Positions 37,801 through 50,288 of a DNA stretch of 64,000 nucleotides are shown here, piece after piece; position 1 is the first letter of the stretch, and every line of letters begins with the position of its first letter. A program made the position numbers and the translations under genes. Below the pieces are notes generated by a model, which saw nothing but the letters and a program-made list of their open reading frames with translations, was not told where the DNA came from and searched no databases. The stretch is from Massalongia carnosa (lineage: Eukaryota): positions 1,364,001 to 1,428,000 of the forward strand of contig OZ287077.1 in the NCBI GenBank assembly GCA_965645245.1. Direction: 5' to 3'.

Positions 37801-40800
37801 CCTCGACAGTCAAAGTTGGAAAATTGTCAAGGAGTTTGGAGATGGTCTTTCCCATATGATTATTATGAACTAGTTGGCCAATCTCAGAAGAATCCATATC
37901 CCTCATCGATTCAATTGACGACAAGCTCGACTTCTCATCGAGATTCCTTAAAATAGGCTGAGGAAGATCAAATTGATGGAAAGGATGCTGGAATGGCCAA
38001 ATCTGCTTTTCAATTGACTTGCAAAGAGAGAGCAATACTAGGCACTGGTAGCCCCATCTCCTATTGAGCGCTATCATGAAAAGCGCCCTACAAATCCTAG
38101 CCGCATTTTGAGCTACATATGCAGAATCCGATACAAGGGTAAAATCTTCAATGCGGGCTCGAGAAATGTAAGACTGAAGCAAAATGTTCGTCTTGGCATG
38201 AGCATCGTCATGTCTCCTTGCTACCGCATTTTGAATTACCTTGTCATCTCTTCTGGCTACCTCGGTTTTAACCGCCTCATCCTTCAGCCTAGCCAGTTCC
38301 TGAGACTCGCTATCGCGGGACTGTATGTTGTCAAACTCGCCGCTCATACTGATCATTTGTAGCACATCAGCTTCTGTCGCCCTAGGCTGCATCATGGTGT
38401 TGAAAACCTCAATGCTCGTCTGCAGAACATAAAATTGACTAGCAATCCTTCCAACATCCTTGGCTCTAAGCTCTTCGGTAGTCTCATTGAATATGATCAT
38501 TTGGCTTTTCTGCAAAATTCGTGCTGCATCAATCGCCAACTTTCGTCTTCTTTGAACTAGTTGTGGATCATCTCGGATTTCTGCCCAGTCAATACCATAA
38601 GTGAGCGGATTCTGTTGCATTCGTACAAAGAGGTACGAGTATCCAAGCCATTGAACCGCTTCCGGAACTGACGTGACTGTGCCCAGGGCTATCTCTGCAT
38701 TCAAGTTATCCACTAATTTCCGTGAAAACTTAGATTCGATTGGCTGCTGCTGGGTCACAGCAGACAGGTAGTGATCTAACCTGTCATGTGTTGTACATAT
38801 GAATCCTATACCAGTGGCTTGAAACTGAGGACGGCCAGCACGACCGAAAATCTGCAAGACATCTAATATGCCAAGATCTATGAATTTTCCCTCTTGTGCG
38901 CTGTAGAGCTGGGTACCCTTGATGATCACTGCCGCAGCAGGCAAATTGACACCCCAAGCTAGCGTTGCTGTGCAGCAAAGGACGTTGATAAGCCCTTGGG
39001 CAAAGAGTTGTTCAACTCTATTTCGATCTGACCGTGGCATTCCCGCATGATGGGTTCCGATTCCTTTGGGGACAATCTCCCTTAATTCCCTCCCTTTCGT
39101 GTTTTTTAGATCTTTCATGGCCGCCGCAAATCCTCCAACCTCGCGACAGTCAAGAAGATCAAGACACTGCTGGTCTGCTGCCATTTGAATGAACGTTCTC
39201 GCTGTGTTGACCGTATCCTTGCGAGAGTGAACAAAAACCATCACTTGATGACCAAGCTCGAGCATGCTTTTCACCTTCTCAAATGCGGTTTGATCGATGT
39301 TGTCTCTAGAATATTTAGTTCCTACTTTCCCTTTCACGCCAATAAAGTGCTGCTCAAGGGGTACAGGTCGGAATGATGCATCAAAATAAAAAAGTCCAAC
39401 CATACGGTTGACCTTAAGGAAATCAGCCACGTCAATATAATTAGGCAGCGTTGCCGAAAGCCCAATTATCCTAATCAAAGACTGAGTGCTCTCCACCTGC
39501 CGCTCAGTCCGAGCAACGAGGGATTCAATCACCGCACCTCGCTCATCGTGAAGCATATGCACTTCATCGATAATCAGCAGTCTGACCTTCTGCACAAGCT
39601 CAGTGTCTCCGGTGCTCTTGCGAGTGACAACATCCCATTTCTCAGGGGTGGTCACAATGATCTGCGTATGGACAACTTCATTTTTTGTTAGGTGCATATC
39701 TCCAGTGAGTTCCCGAACCTGAATGCCTAGCCACGCCAAACGCTTTCCAAGCTTTTCGGTAATCTCAGCAGCCAGTGCTTTCATGGGAGCGACGTATACA
39801 ATCTTAAAATCCTCAGTGTTGACAGCAAAACTCGTTGCATTGGGGTTTTCGCGAGGACTTGGCTTAACGTTATCACTGATGGTATTCAATATGGCCAACA
39901 TTGCAGCGTCTGTCTTACCAGCACCCGTGGGAGCACAGATTAACATATTCTCATTTGATTTGTAGGCCACTGGATATACCAAACTCTGCATTCGATTCAA
40001 GGCCTTGTATCCGTGAAAGGTTTTTTGGCAAAGCCCATCCATGTCGGCAATCTCGATCAGTTTCCTTCCCACACCAAGGGTGCCAACCTTCGTTGCAGGT
40101 ATGGTAAACTCCTCGTACTTCTCATATTCAATCCTCTCGCTTCCCAGGGGCAGTCCATATTTACGACCCCCAGCAGTAAGGGTGTTACCAACGCCATGAG
40201 CTTTGTACACGTGCGGATATTGAGGTCCATCACGGTCCTCGGCAGGAGCAAGTATTGCAGATTTGTGTTCGTAATCTTGGCGCTGTAGCGCCAACAAACG
40301 TTCTTCCTTCGTTGGAAGCTTTCCTTGGACGCCGTTTAGATATCTCTGTGTCTGAGAAATGGTAGCCAAAATTTCTTTACGATGCGCTATAAGCTCTATC
40401 ACAAAATCTAGGTCGTCATAGCCTGTGATTTCAGTCAAAGACATCTGCAACTCACCGTCTCCACAACACCATATCAGCAGAGTTTAAAAATCCGAAAGGC
40501 AACATAAAGCCCACCTTGAGCATCTGAACCTAGAAGTGCCGATAATTGTTCTTGTAAATCGCCAGCATCCAGTCCCAGTTTCCTTTTTGTGATAGCAGTG
40601 CACTGCCTCTTCAGCCAATCCACATTGTAGTTCAAGACTCCGCCGCCTAGTTCCTGCCGAGTATCTTCTCGGCTATTTGAGGTAGTACTGCTATAGTCAT
40701 CCTCCTCGCTGTTGCTAGATATATCCCAGATACTCTCGGGGTGTCTGTCAGTTACATCTTGATTGTCTACGACAATGTCATGGCCGTATCCTTGCTCGTT

Positions 40801-40902
40801 GTCTCTGGGCAGGTCTAACTTGAGCTCCGAGATAGCTTGGCGCATAGCAGCAACTTGAGCCAGCCATTGCGATGCCATTATGTCCACCTTTGAGGGTGAC
40901 AT
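34847..40902 (-). CDS. SLH1: Ski2-like tandem RNA helicase Slh1/ASCC3 (ribosome quality control)
   Basis: Two DExH cassettes (APTGAGKT/DEVH, SPTGSGKT/DEIH), each followed by a Sec63 domain; one 5' intron near 40459-40514. Confidence 0.93.
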
Positions 40903-41362
40903 ACTGATTGGTTAGACGTAAGACTCAAAAGAGAGAGAGAGAATTGTTCAAGAACCAAAATTACGGGTATCAGTCTTGAGAAGAAGTCTAAAAAAAGTAT
41001 GACCAGTAACTGACAGTACTCTGTACGAGAGTACTTACCATATTAGTAGAGTACGTATCAAAGAAACGGGGACTTTGGACTTCACGGTAGTACGAATCCA
41101 GTTCCACAGTGAACTTCACCTCTTACAGATTTCACGTGGTGTACATACACAGTAGGTATTTCGTAGCGAATCGGGGCGCAAGCCACGCCGAGCTTAGATT
41201 GTGGCTATCCTGCATGACGCTAACGGTGCGTTTGTTGCTCGACTTCATTCTTTGATCAATCAGTCTTTATCATCGACAACTCTCCCTTGCTTTCCTAGAA
41301 CCTAGGTCCCCAACCTCTGCCCTTCCCTCCCCAATTCTCATACATATTTATTCAAACTCGAA

Positions 41363-42214
41363 ATGAAGCTTTACTACATTGGCGTAAGTGCTTGATGCCA
41401 GAATCAAAGAGGCCCTTTTTGCTGATGCCTGGCGAACAGATTTTGAAAAACGAACAAAAGCCAGCGCATGAGCTGTGCGTGGAGAAGGATCTAAGCAGTT
41501 ATTCGCGATTCACGAGGGATAAGTATGGCTTTTCTTACGGGCAGTCTGTAGAAGAAGCCCTCTTTGGCTAACGCTTTGGGTTGCGATCGCTTCAAGCTAT
41601 GGGCAATTTATGACGGTCTTCAGCCAGACAGTGGCTGAACGGACAAAGCCCGGCCAACGGCAAGACATCGAAGAGAAATGTACCGACCGTTCCCACAGCT
41701 TGCCCCTCCCCGTACAAGTATTTATGCTAATAGCAGCTTCAAAGCCTATACCTTCCACGCTTATGGCCGCACGGAAGGCGTTGCTGGCATCATTATCAGC
41801 GATCCCGATTACCCAGCTCTGGTAGCCCATCAACTCCTCTCGAAAGTGATTGACGAGTTTCTGTCTCAATACCCCCGCACCGCGTTCGCGAATTCGTCTC
41901 CCAAGCTCGACTTCCCGCAGCTGAAGGAATACATTGTGAAATACCAGGACCCGCAGCAAGCCGATAGCATTATGAAGATTCAAAAAGAGCTGGACGAGAC
42001 CAAGATCGTGCTCCATAAGACGATTGAGAGCGTGCTAGAGCGGGGGGAGAAGATTGATAGTCTGGTGGAGAAAAGCGACGGTCTGAGCGCGCAGAGCAAG
42101 ATGTTTTACAAGCAGGTACGTTGGTCAGAATCTAAGGACACGGTTTGCAGATTGACTAACGTGCTTTTCATACGCCAGGCAAAGAAACAGAACTCTTGTT
42201 GTCTAATAATGTAA
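41363..42214 (+). CDS. YKT6: Longin R-SNARE Ykt6 (multi-exon)
   Basis: MKLYYIG..., QKELDETKIVLHKTIESVLERGEKIDSLV, C-terminal CCLIM prenylation motif. Confidence 0.95.
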
Positions 42215-42610
42215 TATATCAAGCGTTGGTTCAGTCGGTTTTTGAAGGCGTTTTTGTTCAGGTATCCAAAGTATGATATCATGAATGATAAGTTACTTGG
42301 TCTTTACGGACTCGCAAAGGTCTCATTATGTGTCTCCTACACCGGCTTCCCATGATAACAGAGTATCCAAAAGAAATCCAGGGTATAATACCATCCCCAA
42401 CTCCTAGTTCGCCAGGAGAAGCAGGAAGGTCGTTCGTCAAAATAGAACTGGAACGATGAATGGCGTTATAAACCAAGGCATCATATACACGGTAAGACCA
42501 GATTAAGGCATCGGCTGGGCGTCCTCAGAATAGAACCCCTAAACTATAAGGTTGATGCTCGAATGTGGTACATCAGGCTTGCCTTATAAATCAGCGTAGT
42601 AACAATTATC

Positions 42611-44422
42611 TTAAACCTCTTCCACATTTCTACCAACAAGATTAATATCGAAATCCTCGCTGTGCGCCGCGCTTCGGCCCACCAAACAATTCATCCGGTA
42701 AAGAACTTCTCCCGTAGGTAGATGGTCATTATGTCCTTGCAGGTGAGTAATGAAGCTTTTAATACCGCCAAAGATGGGGGTCCCTCTGCCTTCGACGCAA
42801 CAAAATATGCAACCGTAGCAGGCATGTGACGGGTCCGAGGTGCTTTCCTTTGACTCAATGTGGCTCTTGAAGAGAAATTCCCAGCGGAACCGAACTCCTC
42901 CCTCAGTAATAACTCGAGTGTCAAAACCTTTGTTCTTCCTATCGTGGACAATCATACGACCCTCAAACTTGCACTTCGAACACTGCCAATATGGCTTAGC
43001 ACTGTACATCCTATCAGGCCGCTGCCTTTCCTCCATAGCTTTCTTCTTGTCCCCTATTTGCAACCTCCATGCACCTTTACAGAACCCCGCGAACTTATTT
43101 GCCTCCCCGGGTAAAAGATCCTTGGAGCTTACGGATAAGTCACTGTTAGTCATGACCACTTCCAGTGTACTCGTAGGGATTCGCCGCCGTGACCCGGACG
43201 AAAACGAAACATGGGATCCTTGCGAGGGGCTCGGGGACCTTTGAACCACCCATGGATTAAAGTCTGGAGTTTCCGGCTCAAACGTCCCGCTGGTGGGAGT
43301 GGCGATGGAAATGGGCCGCGAAGATGGATCGAGCAACTCCAAGGATATGTAGGGTCCAGGGTTAAGCTCTTTGAAGATGCCCATATCTTGGCTCTCAGAG
43401 TTGGCCCGTGAAGCCACATCTAGCACTTCCAAGGCTGGTAAGGGGCTGTGTTTGAAGTCTTTGATGATGCTCACATCTTGGCTTGGAGCATTAGGCCGTG
43501 AAATGGGGTCGAGCGCCTCTATGGCTAGGTCAGGTTGGTGGTTCAAGGCTTGCATCATGCCCACGTCTCTTCTACGGGTTTTCTGGTCTCTATGGTGGTT
43601 TTGCAAAGGAGACATGATGAATTTAGAATTAACAGAGCCATCCAAGGACTTTTTCGCGGTGTTTAATCGTCTCCCGAAGAAAGCAATTCTGGTTACCGAG
43701 GCAAAATGGCTTTTCTTCTCTGCAACAACATCCCCAGTCGACGAGTACTTGAGTGGTGCAGAGGGGCGGTAAACCGGAGGCGCTGGAAGCGCTATAGATG
43801 GAATATCGAAACGCTGCGGGGATGAGGGGGTTGAAGGTGAAGTAATCTGAGGAAGAGGTCGCTGTGGTGTATGATTATTCAGCGGCTTGGGAGAAGAGAC
43901 GAGGAACGGAGGTTCTAGTTCCTCGATAGGCGCTGAAGTAATAATACGCTGCTGAAGTTGCATCAAGACCAGGATTGCTCGGTCTTGACTTTCATCCGAG
44001 ACATCCTGGAGGACGTTGAAATCCACGAACGTGTCTTGCTGCCACTGAATCTTGAGATTGGATATCACTTGCCCTTGGAGATGAATGATGATATCTTTCA
44101 AGGCGTCTCTTGCAGTTTCTAAGCCGAGGTGAGTTAAGATATTCAAATAGCTACAAGGCAAGAGCTTACGGTCACCATTGGCAAAAGTAGCTCCATAGCG
44201 TCTGAAGTCACGATCATATTGACTTCTTACTACTCCTCCCCCCCGCTTCAGTGATAACTCCAACTCTGTGGTCGATGAATATTCTGATAAAACTTCTTGC
44301 TGAAGAGCCTTTCTTGCTTTTCTTTTGGCCTTGATCTGACTCACGAGTTCCGCTCCATCACGATAAGCCGAGCACACAGCGGCTACACAAGCAACAACGG
44401 CCAACAGCTCTAAACCGGACAT
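42611..44422 (-). CDS. Hypothetical protein with hydrophobic helical N-terminus and Cys/His-rich C-terminal domain
   Basis: 603-codon ORF (probable in-frame intron ~44121-44170); FCKGAW, CSKC, FKSH, CIFC, HLQGH. Confidence 0.75.
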   Translation of the reverse strand: MSGLELLAVVACVAAVCSAYRDGAELVSQIKAKRKARKALQQEVLSEYSSTTELELSLKRGGGVVRSQYDRDFRRYGATFANGDRKLLPCSYLNILTHLGLETARDALKDIIIHLQGQVISNLKIQWQQDTFVDFNVLQDVSDESQDRAILVLMQLQQRIITSAPIEELEPPFLVSSPKPLNNHTPQRPLPQITSPSTPSSPQRFDIPSIALPAPPVYRPSAPLKYSSTGDVVAEKKSHFASVTRIAFFGRRLNTAKKSLDGSVNSKFIMSPLQNHHRDQKTRRRDVGMMQALNHQPDLAIEALDPISRPNAPSQDVSIIKDFKHSPLPALEVLDVASRANSESQDMGIFKELNPGPYISLELLDPSSRPISIATPTSGTFEPETPDFNPWVVQRSPSPSQGSHVSFSSGSRRRIPTSTLEVVMTNSDLSVSSKDLLPGEANKFAGFCKGAWRLQIGDKKKAMEERQRPDRMYSAKPYWQCSKCKFEGRMIVHDRKNKGFDTRVITEGGVRFRWEFLFKSHIESKESTSDPSHACYGCIFCCVEGRGTPIFGGIKSFITHLQGHNDHLPTGEVLYRMNCLVGRSAAHSEDFDINLVGRNVEEV

Positions 44423-45444
44423 TGATATCTGAGAATGCTCTGCGAGCGTAGTTCCGTGATTATCGGTGTAGAGAGGTATAGGATAAGTTTCTCGGGTTGA
44501 AGGAATTAGAGTAGGATAAGTGCAAATGTAACACGGGACTGGGTAGGAGAGAGACGGGAGAACGATGGAAGGGGTCGCACCCCTCAGTCATCAAATCGCT
44601 GTGGGAGGTTAAACTCTCAATCCAACAATCATGCAGCCTTACTGAAAAAGCATCTCGCAGCCAAGAGAGCACAGCCGATGCAGGAGGCGTGCAGTTTTCC
44701 AGGTTGTGCAAGATGGCAGCCTCAATGTTTTTCAGAAACATGATAACTGCAGGGTGGTGTACTCTGTATGAGTAAGCTGCAGCTACAGTTTGGCTGTTTC
44801 ATGGCCTTCGGAGTCATCTTTTATCCGTTCCCATGGTCATTTGAGGGTCTTTCAGGGTCTTAATCTGAACTTCGCGTGGTCGGGAAGCATCGAATGAATC
44901 CTCATTGCGCGTACATTTTGAGCAATGCCGATAGTTACCCTTGTGAGTGCCGCCTTTCTAAGACTGTAATCCTGGATTTTACAGCTTGTTCTGCAGGGCA
45001 ACATAAGGCTGTGGAACCGAGTGGGATGCGTCTGTCATCCTTAGATTCTATCCTATAGGATAAGGCAGGCAAAGCCACAAGGCATACTGGCCTAGATTAT
45101 GTCTTCAGAAATATGCCTTGAGAGAAAATGTTACCTGAGCAGGGCTAGAACATTGCAGGGGTTACTTTGCTAGCGGTAAGAATGTTGCAAATATCTGAAT
45201 GAGAACGGGTCTTCGGTCTTGAACTGTCGTTTTGGGGAAATGGTTTATGAAGACATTAACCGGATTAGTTAGTACTTACGCTTTGTACTTATTGCAGGTC
45301 TAAATAAATAGGTACTCTTTAGAAAAAAACCCATGCCCATATGCACCTATCTTTTGTATCATGGATTCTAAATGAATCAAACCACAAACATAACTTTGAC
45401 TTGTTGAGCCGTGCACGGCCTGAAAAATCCATTCGACCTGGATA

Positions 45445-46372
45445 TCAACAACATCTTCCACGGTGTCCCTTGGCGCTGGCTTCAACGCTGCTAAGTCTTT
45501 CCTCCCTGATACCGATGTTTGGTGTTGGAAAGCCCAGCCAACTTATTCTCTTGTCCCCGAGTCCCAATCGAAAGCTCCCTCGGCCATCTGTTCCATACAT
45601 ATCAAAATACCCTTCTTGGCCCCTCTCAGTACCCGGTGTGGCACTAGCTTCTAGCGCCAGATCTTGCGCAGCCCTCTTGTGATTTTGCTCCACCAGTTTT
45701 CGTGTGATAACCCGGAAGACTTCCTCAATCCCTTCTCCATCCTTGGCACTAATCTCGTGACAGCAATCCCAGCCAATTTCCTGCCCCCAAAAGCCACTGC
45801 TGCGTTTGCTATCAAGGCTCTGCACGTTACTAGTACCGCCAGCGGTGATAGGGGGCGTGCTGATCTGTTGATGAAGATTCTCGGCGACATAAGCAATGCA
45901 CTTTTCGAAAGGCACCTTTCTCAAGCTCGGGTCCTGCGCAACAACGTCACTCTTGGTACCCACTACATGTACAACAATATCATCGCGAAGGTTATCCTTA
46001 AGCTCCATGAGCCAGCGTCCCATCTCTTCAAAGCTCTGCTCGTCAACGATACTGTAAACGAGCAACACTGCAGAAGCTCCCCTATAGTAGAGTTTTGAGA
46101 TACTGCGGAAACGTTCTTGGCCTGCAGTATCCCATATCTGCAAACGAACTGTGGCTCCACTGTCAATATCGAGCACTCGTTTGGTGAGAAATGATGCTCC
46201 TATGGTCGAAGTGATAGACGAGGGGGTGAAGGTGCCTTTGATATAACGATGTACGAGGGACGTCTTTCCAACGCCTGGTACGAGTCAGTGTCGGTAGGTG
46301 TTTGATCAGCATTGATGATAAAAGACCTTGAGCGCCGAGCACGCATATCTTGGCTTCTAAACTATTAGACAT
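45445..46372 (-). CDS. Rab-family small GTPase (Rab5/Rab21-like), 2 exons
   Basis: LGAQG|VGKTS, STIGASF, WDTAGQERF, GTKSD, EISAK, C-terminal CC. Confidence 0.9.
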
Positions 46373-47011
46373 TGAGACAGATTCGTTTCTCATATGTCAG
46401 GTTATGGTCCATGATGGGCGGATATACGTGCAGACATTGTCGCAGGTCGAACCGGCTTAACTTAAAATAACTGGGGGTTCTACCTTCGTGATGAGATAGT
46501 AGTGTACATGGAAGACTGAACGATGTCTTAATGCTAGTACGAGAATGTATTCGGTATAATCCGTACAGAGCGGGACGATAGGTATGTAGGAAGTAGGTAG
46601 ATATAAAACAGGTGGTCTGTCCCCTTTAGGGCACAGCCCCACCTATCAGGACATCATATGACTGAACTACATTATCATTGGAAATAAGCAAAAAACACTG
46701 GGGAATGAGAAGGGTGCACAATGATAGATGGCGAAAACAAGCCCTGGGTTAGGAATACTAGGAACCATCGTGGTTATCTTATTGGCCGTGAATTTAGGAC
46801 CCGTTGCCATGGAATCCATTGAACGACTAGTTAGTTACGGCGGCGGGTACGTAATGTTAGGACGAAAACAGGAAATCAACCATTTTTGAAGGGGATCTAA
46901 TCAAATAACGTGCGTTTCTCGTAAATCTGTTCTCCTTGCCTTAGTTCTCTAGGTAGAGATTCTCTGTACGTCTGTATGCAGGACAGCTGCCTGTTCGTCG
47001 GTTTACCTAAC

Positions 47012-48326
47012 CACGCCCCTGGAAAAAAAACTGGCAACGTGTAGGCGACTTTACCCCATTAAAATTCCCCCCTTTTCATCAACCATCCACACCAACATGC
47101 CTCGTAAGCAACGTGCAACTCACTACGATACTCCCATTCGAGCTAAACTTCAAGGAATTCATGAATATCTTCTTGATGAAGGCATCGTACATGATCCACG
47201 AAATCTTTGCAAGAAGTATGGCGTTTCGGAACGAGCTGGCTACAGAATTATTCGCAAAGGAGCTTCGACACGTACTCGTCATCATACAGAGCTTATAGAA
47301 ACGCGAGGAAGACGATCAAAAATCACAGGCGAGCAAGTACGAGAGGCTGATCGGTTGCTTCAGGAAGATGAGCTACAACTCGAAGGAAAACGCTTGACAT
47401 GGGAACAAGTTGCGATGGAAGTTGGAGCAGATGTTGTGGGTCGTACAATGCATAACGTGCTACGTGCTGCATTGAATTACGAGAAATGTCTAGCCTGCGT
47501 CAAAGGATGGCTGGCCGACCCTCCTATGCAAAAACGGGTGGAATACGCTCATATAATGCTGGCCAAATATCCTAAACCAGAAGATTGGTATCGAGTACGA
47601 TTTAGTGACGAAGTTCATTTCTCCTACGGGCCCGATGGCAAATTACGCATCATACGTCAGCCATGCACACGCTATAGATGGGATTGTATACAACATCGTG
47701 ATGCGCCAGCGGAGAAAGATCGAAAAGACTGCATTGTTGGGCGGCTGTAGGCTACAACTTCAAGTCGGATATTATATTCTACGAAGTGCCGGGCAACAGC
47801 AATGGCAAGACGACGCATCAAGTATACATTAACTCAATACTTGAGCCCGTTGTCAAGCCGTGGCCAGAGCGAGGGGATGATTTTGTGCTCGAAGAAGATG
47901 GTGATTCCGGGCATGGCACAGGCAGGACGAGAAACGCAGTCAAGAAATGGAAGGAGGATCATCGTTTAGAGCATTATTTCAACTGCTCTTCTTCACCTGA
48001 TTTGGCTCCTATTGAAAACAGCTGGCAGCCCACAAAGCAGCATATTAAAAAGTATCCTCATTGGGACGAAGCGAGCTTAAAAGCATTGATTTGTGAGGGC
48101 TGGGCGACAGTCAGTCAGGAGTTTCTTAATGAGAGAGTACGATCAATGCCTCAACGGCTAAAGGACGTCATCTCAGCTGAGGGGGCCATGACTGGTCATT
48201 AATTTGATGTAAATAGCTTTCAATTGACTGGTTATCGCAATGTAAAGGTGAAATGTTGATAAAAAGGGGTAAAATTTAGTGGGGTAAGCTCGCTTACACG
48301 TTGCCGGTTTTTTTTTCAAGGGCGTG
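47012..48326 (+). mobile_element. IS630-Tc1-mariner-type transposon (DD38E), 1315 bp, 5-bp TSD
   Basis: ~70-bp imperfect TIRs starting CACGCCC; CTAAC on both flanks (47007-11 / 48327-31). Confidence 0.92.
47097..48202 (+). pseudogene. DD38E transposase, frameshifted near 47725
   Basis: FSDEVHF; EEDGDSGH...SPDLAPIE with 38 residues between D and E; split into two ORFs. Confidence 0.88.
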
Positions 48327-48647
48327 CTAACTCAACTCGGTATCTACGAAACTACCACACGTTTTCCCACACCAGGGGTAGCGTTACCCATCCGTTAGTT
48401 TACTTCGGCGGTTTCTATTATTTGAGCATCATTCTAGTATTGTGCTTTCCATAGAAGAGAGCCAAAAGTATTTTCGCGGAGCGTAATAACGGGTTTTTTT
48501 CTGTCAGCAAGGCAGAACCACCGCTTTATGTATCGTGCTATCAAGTCTGATCTATTGCGAAACTCGTCCGATGGGCCTAGGTGTCCAACTCCACCTTTAA
48601 GAGCCATTTTAGCTCCTACTGTCTCAATCCAGCAATTCCGAGCAAGA

Positions 48648-50211
48648 TGAATCGAGAAACAAGCCGACAGTCGCAGAAGGAGAAGCTCAAGGGCGAAGAA
48701 GTTGCAAAGCACAATAGTGACAGGGACTGCTGGGTAATAATCCATGGGCGAGCGTACGATGTCACCGATTTCAAAGAAGAGCATCCGGGAGGCAAAAATA
48801 TCATTATGAAGTGGGCCGGGAAGGATGCCACCGAGACATACGAACCGATTCACCCGCCAGATACCCTTGATAAATACCTTGATCAGTCCAAGCACTTGGG
48901 TGAGGTGGATGTGAGTACGATACGACAGGAGCAAGTCCTAGAAGATCCTGATGAGCAAGAGAGGCAAGAAAGGATCAAGCTGATGCCAATTCTGGAACAA
49001 TGCTACAATCTCATGGACTTTGAGGCTGTAGCACGTAGGGTGATGAAGAAAACAGCCTGGGCGTACTACTCGAGCGGCGCAGACGATGAGATTGTGAGTC
49101 GTCCCGACAGACTTTCTGAAGACACTCTTACAAAATATGTTAGACCATGCGGGAAAATCATTCAGCGTTTCATAAGATTTGGTTCCGACCAAGAATATTG
49201 ATAGATGTGGAAAAAATAGACTTATCGACCACAATGCTTGGCATGAAAGTAGATATTCCTTTTTATGTTACTGCCACGGCTCTTGGGAAACTTGGGCATC
49301 CAGAAGGAGAGGTCCTTCTAACAAGGGGCGCAGCAAAGCATAATGTTATCCAAATGATTCCGACGCTGGCAAGCTGCTCCTTTGATGAGATTATGGACGC
49401 AAGTCACAATCAGACGCAATGGCTTCAACTTTACGTTAATAAAGACCGCGCTATTACTAAACGTATCGTTGAGCACGCCGAAGAACGAGGTTGCAAAGGT
49501 CTTTTTATAACTGTTGATGCCCCCCAGCTTGGTCGGCGGGAGAAAGACATGCGAAGCAAGTTCTCCGACGTTGGCTCGAGCGTGCAAGATAAGGGTGGTA
49601 GTAGCGTTGATCGGTCTCAGGGCGCAGCGCGGGCTATTTCGTCGTTTATTGACCCCTCCCTAAGCTGGAAAGATATCTTATGGTTTCTAAGCATAACGAA
49701 AATGCCCATCATTCTTAAAGGGGTTCAAAGAGTCGAAGATGTCATTAAAGCTATAGAAGCTGGCGTTCAAGGTGTTGTCTTGTCAAACCATGGAGGCCGA
49801 CAACTCGATTTTGCAAGATCTGGTATTGAAGTGCTATCGGAGGTCATGCCCGTCTTACGAGAGCGCGGCCTAGAGAACCGAATTGAGATTTATATTGATG
49901 GTGGTATTCGACGGGCCACTGATATAATCAAAGCCTTGTGTTTGGGGGCTAAAGGAGTAGGGATTGGCCGACCTTTCTTGTTTGCGATGAGTGCTTACGG
50001 CCTACCCGGCGTGGACCGAGCGATGCAGCTACTAAAGGATGAGATGGAAATGAATATGAGACTCATTGGATGCTCAAGCGTGGACCAGCTGAACCCATCC
50101 CTGGTTGATCATCGGGCCTTAAGCCAGCACTCGACAATAGTGCCGTTAGATACGCTGGGGACGGGTGTGTACGATCCGCTAGTCTCGCCGGGGGAGAAGG
50201 CAAAACTTTGA
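48648..50211 (+). CDS. CYB2: Flavocytochrome b2-like FMN-dependent alpha-hydroxy acid dehydrogenase
   Basis: Cytochrome b5 domain (HPGG), YYSSGADDE, intron 49094-49143, SNHGGRQLD, DGGIRR, GIGRPFL; ends AKL. Confidence 0.9.
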
Positions 50212-50288
50212 CCAAACGTACCTCTTCTTTTGTTGCGTGTTTTCTATATCTGTACATATCCCTTTTTTGGTTTGATCGTAACACAGAA

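Noticed and set aside
38205..38262. Short internal duplication in SLH1 (VARRDD / VARRHDD)
   Set aside because: Small in-frame loop insertion with no evidence of function.
29651..46372. GOT1, YKT6 and Rab as a trafficking gene cluster
   Set aside because: Interspersed with unrelated genes; chance proximity of housekeeping genes is sufficient.
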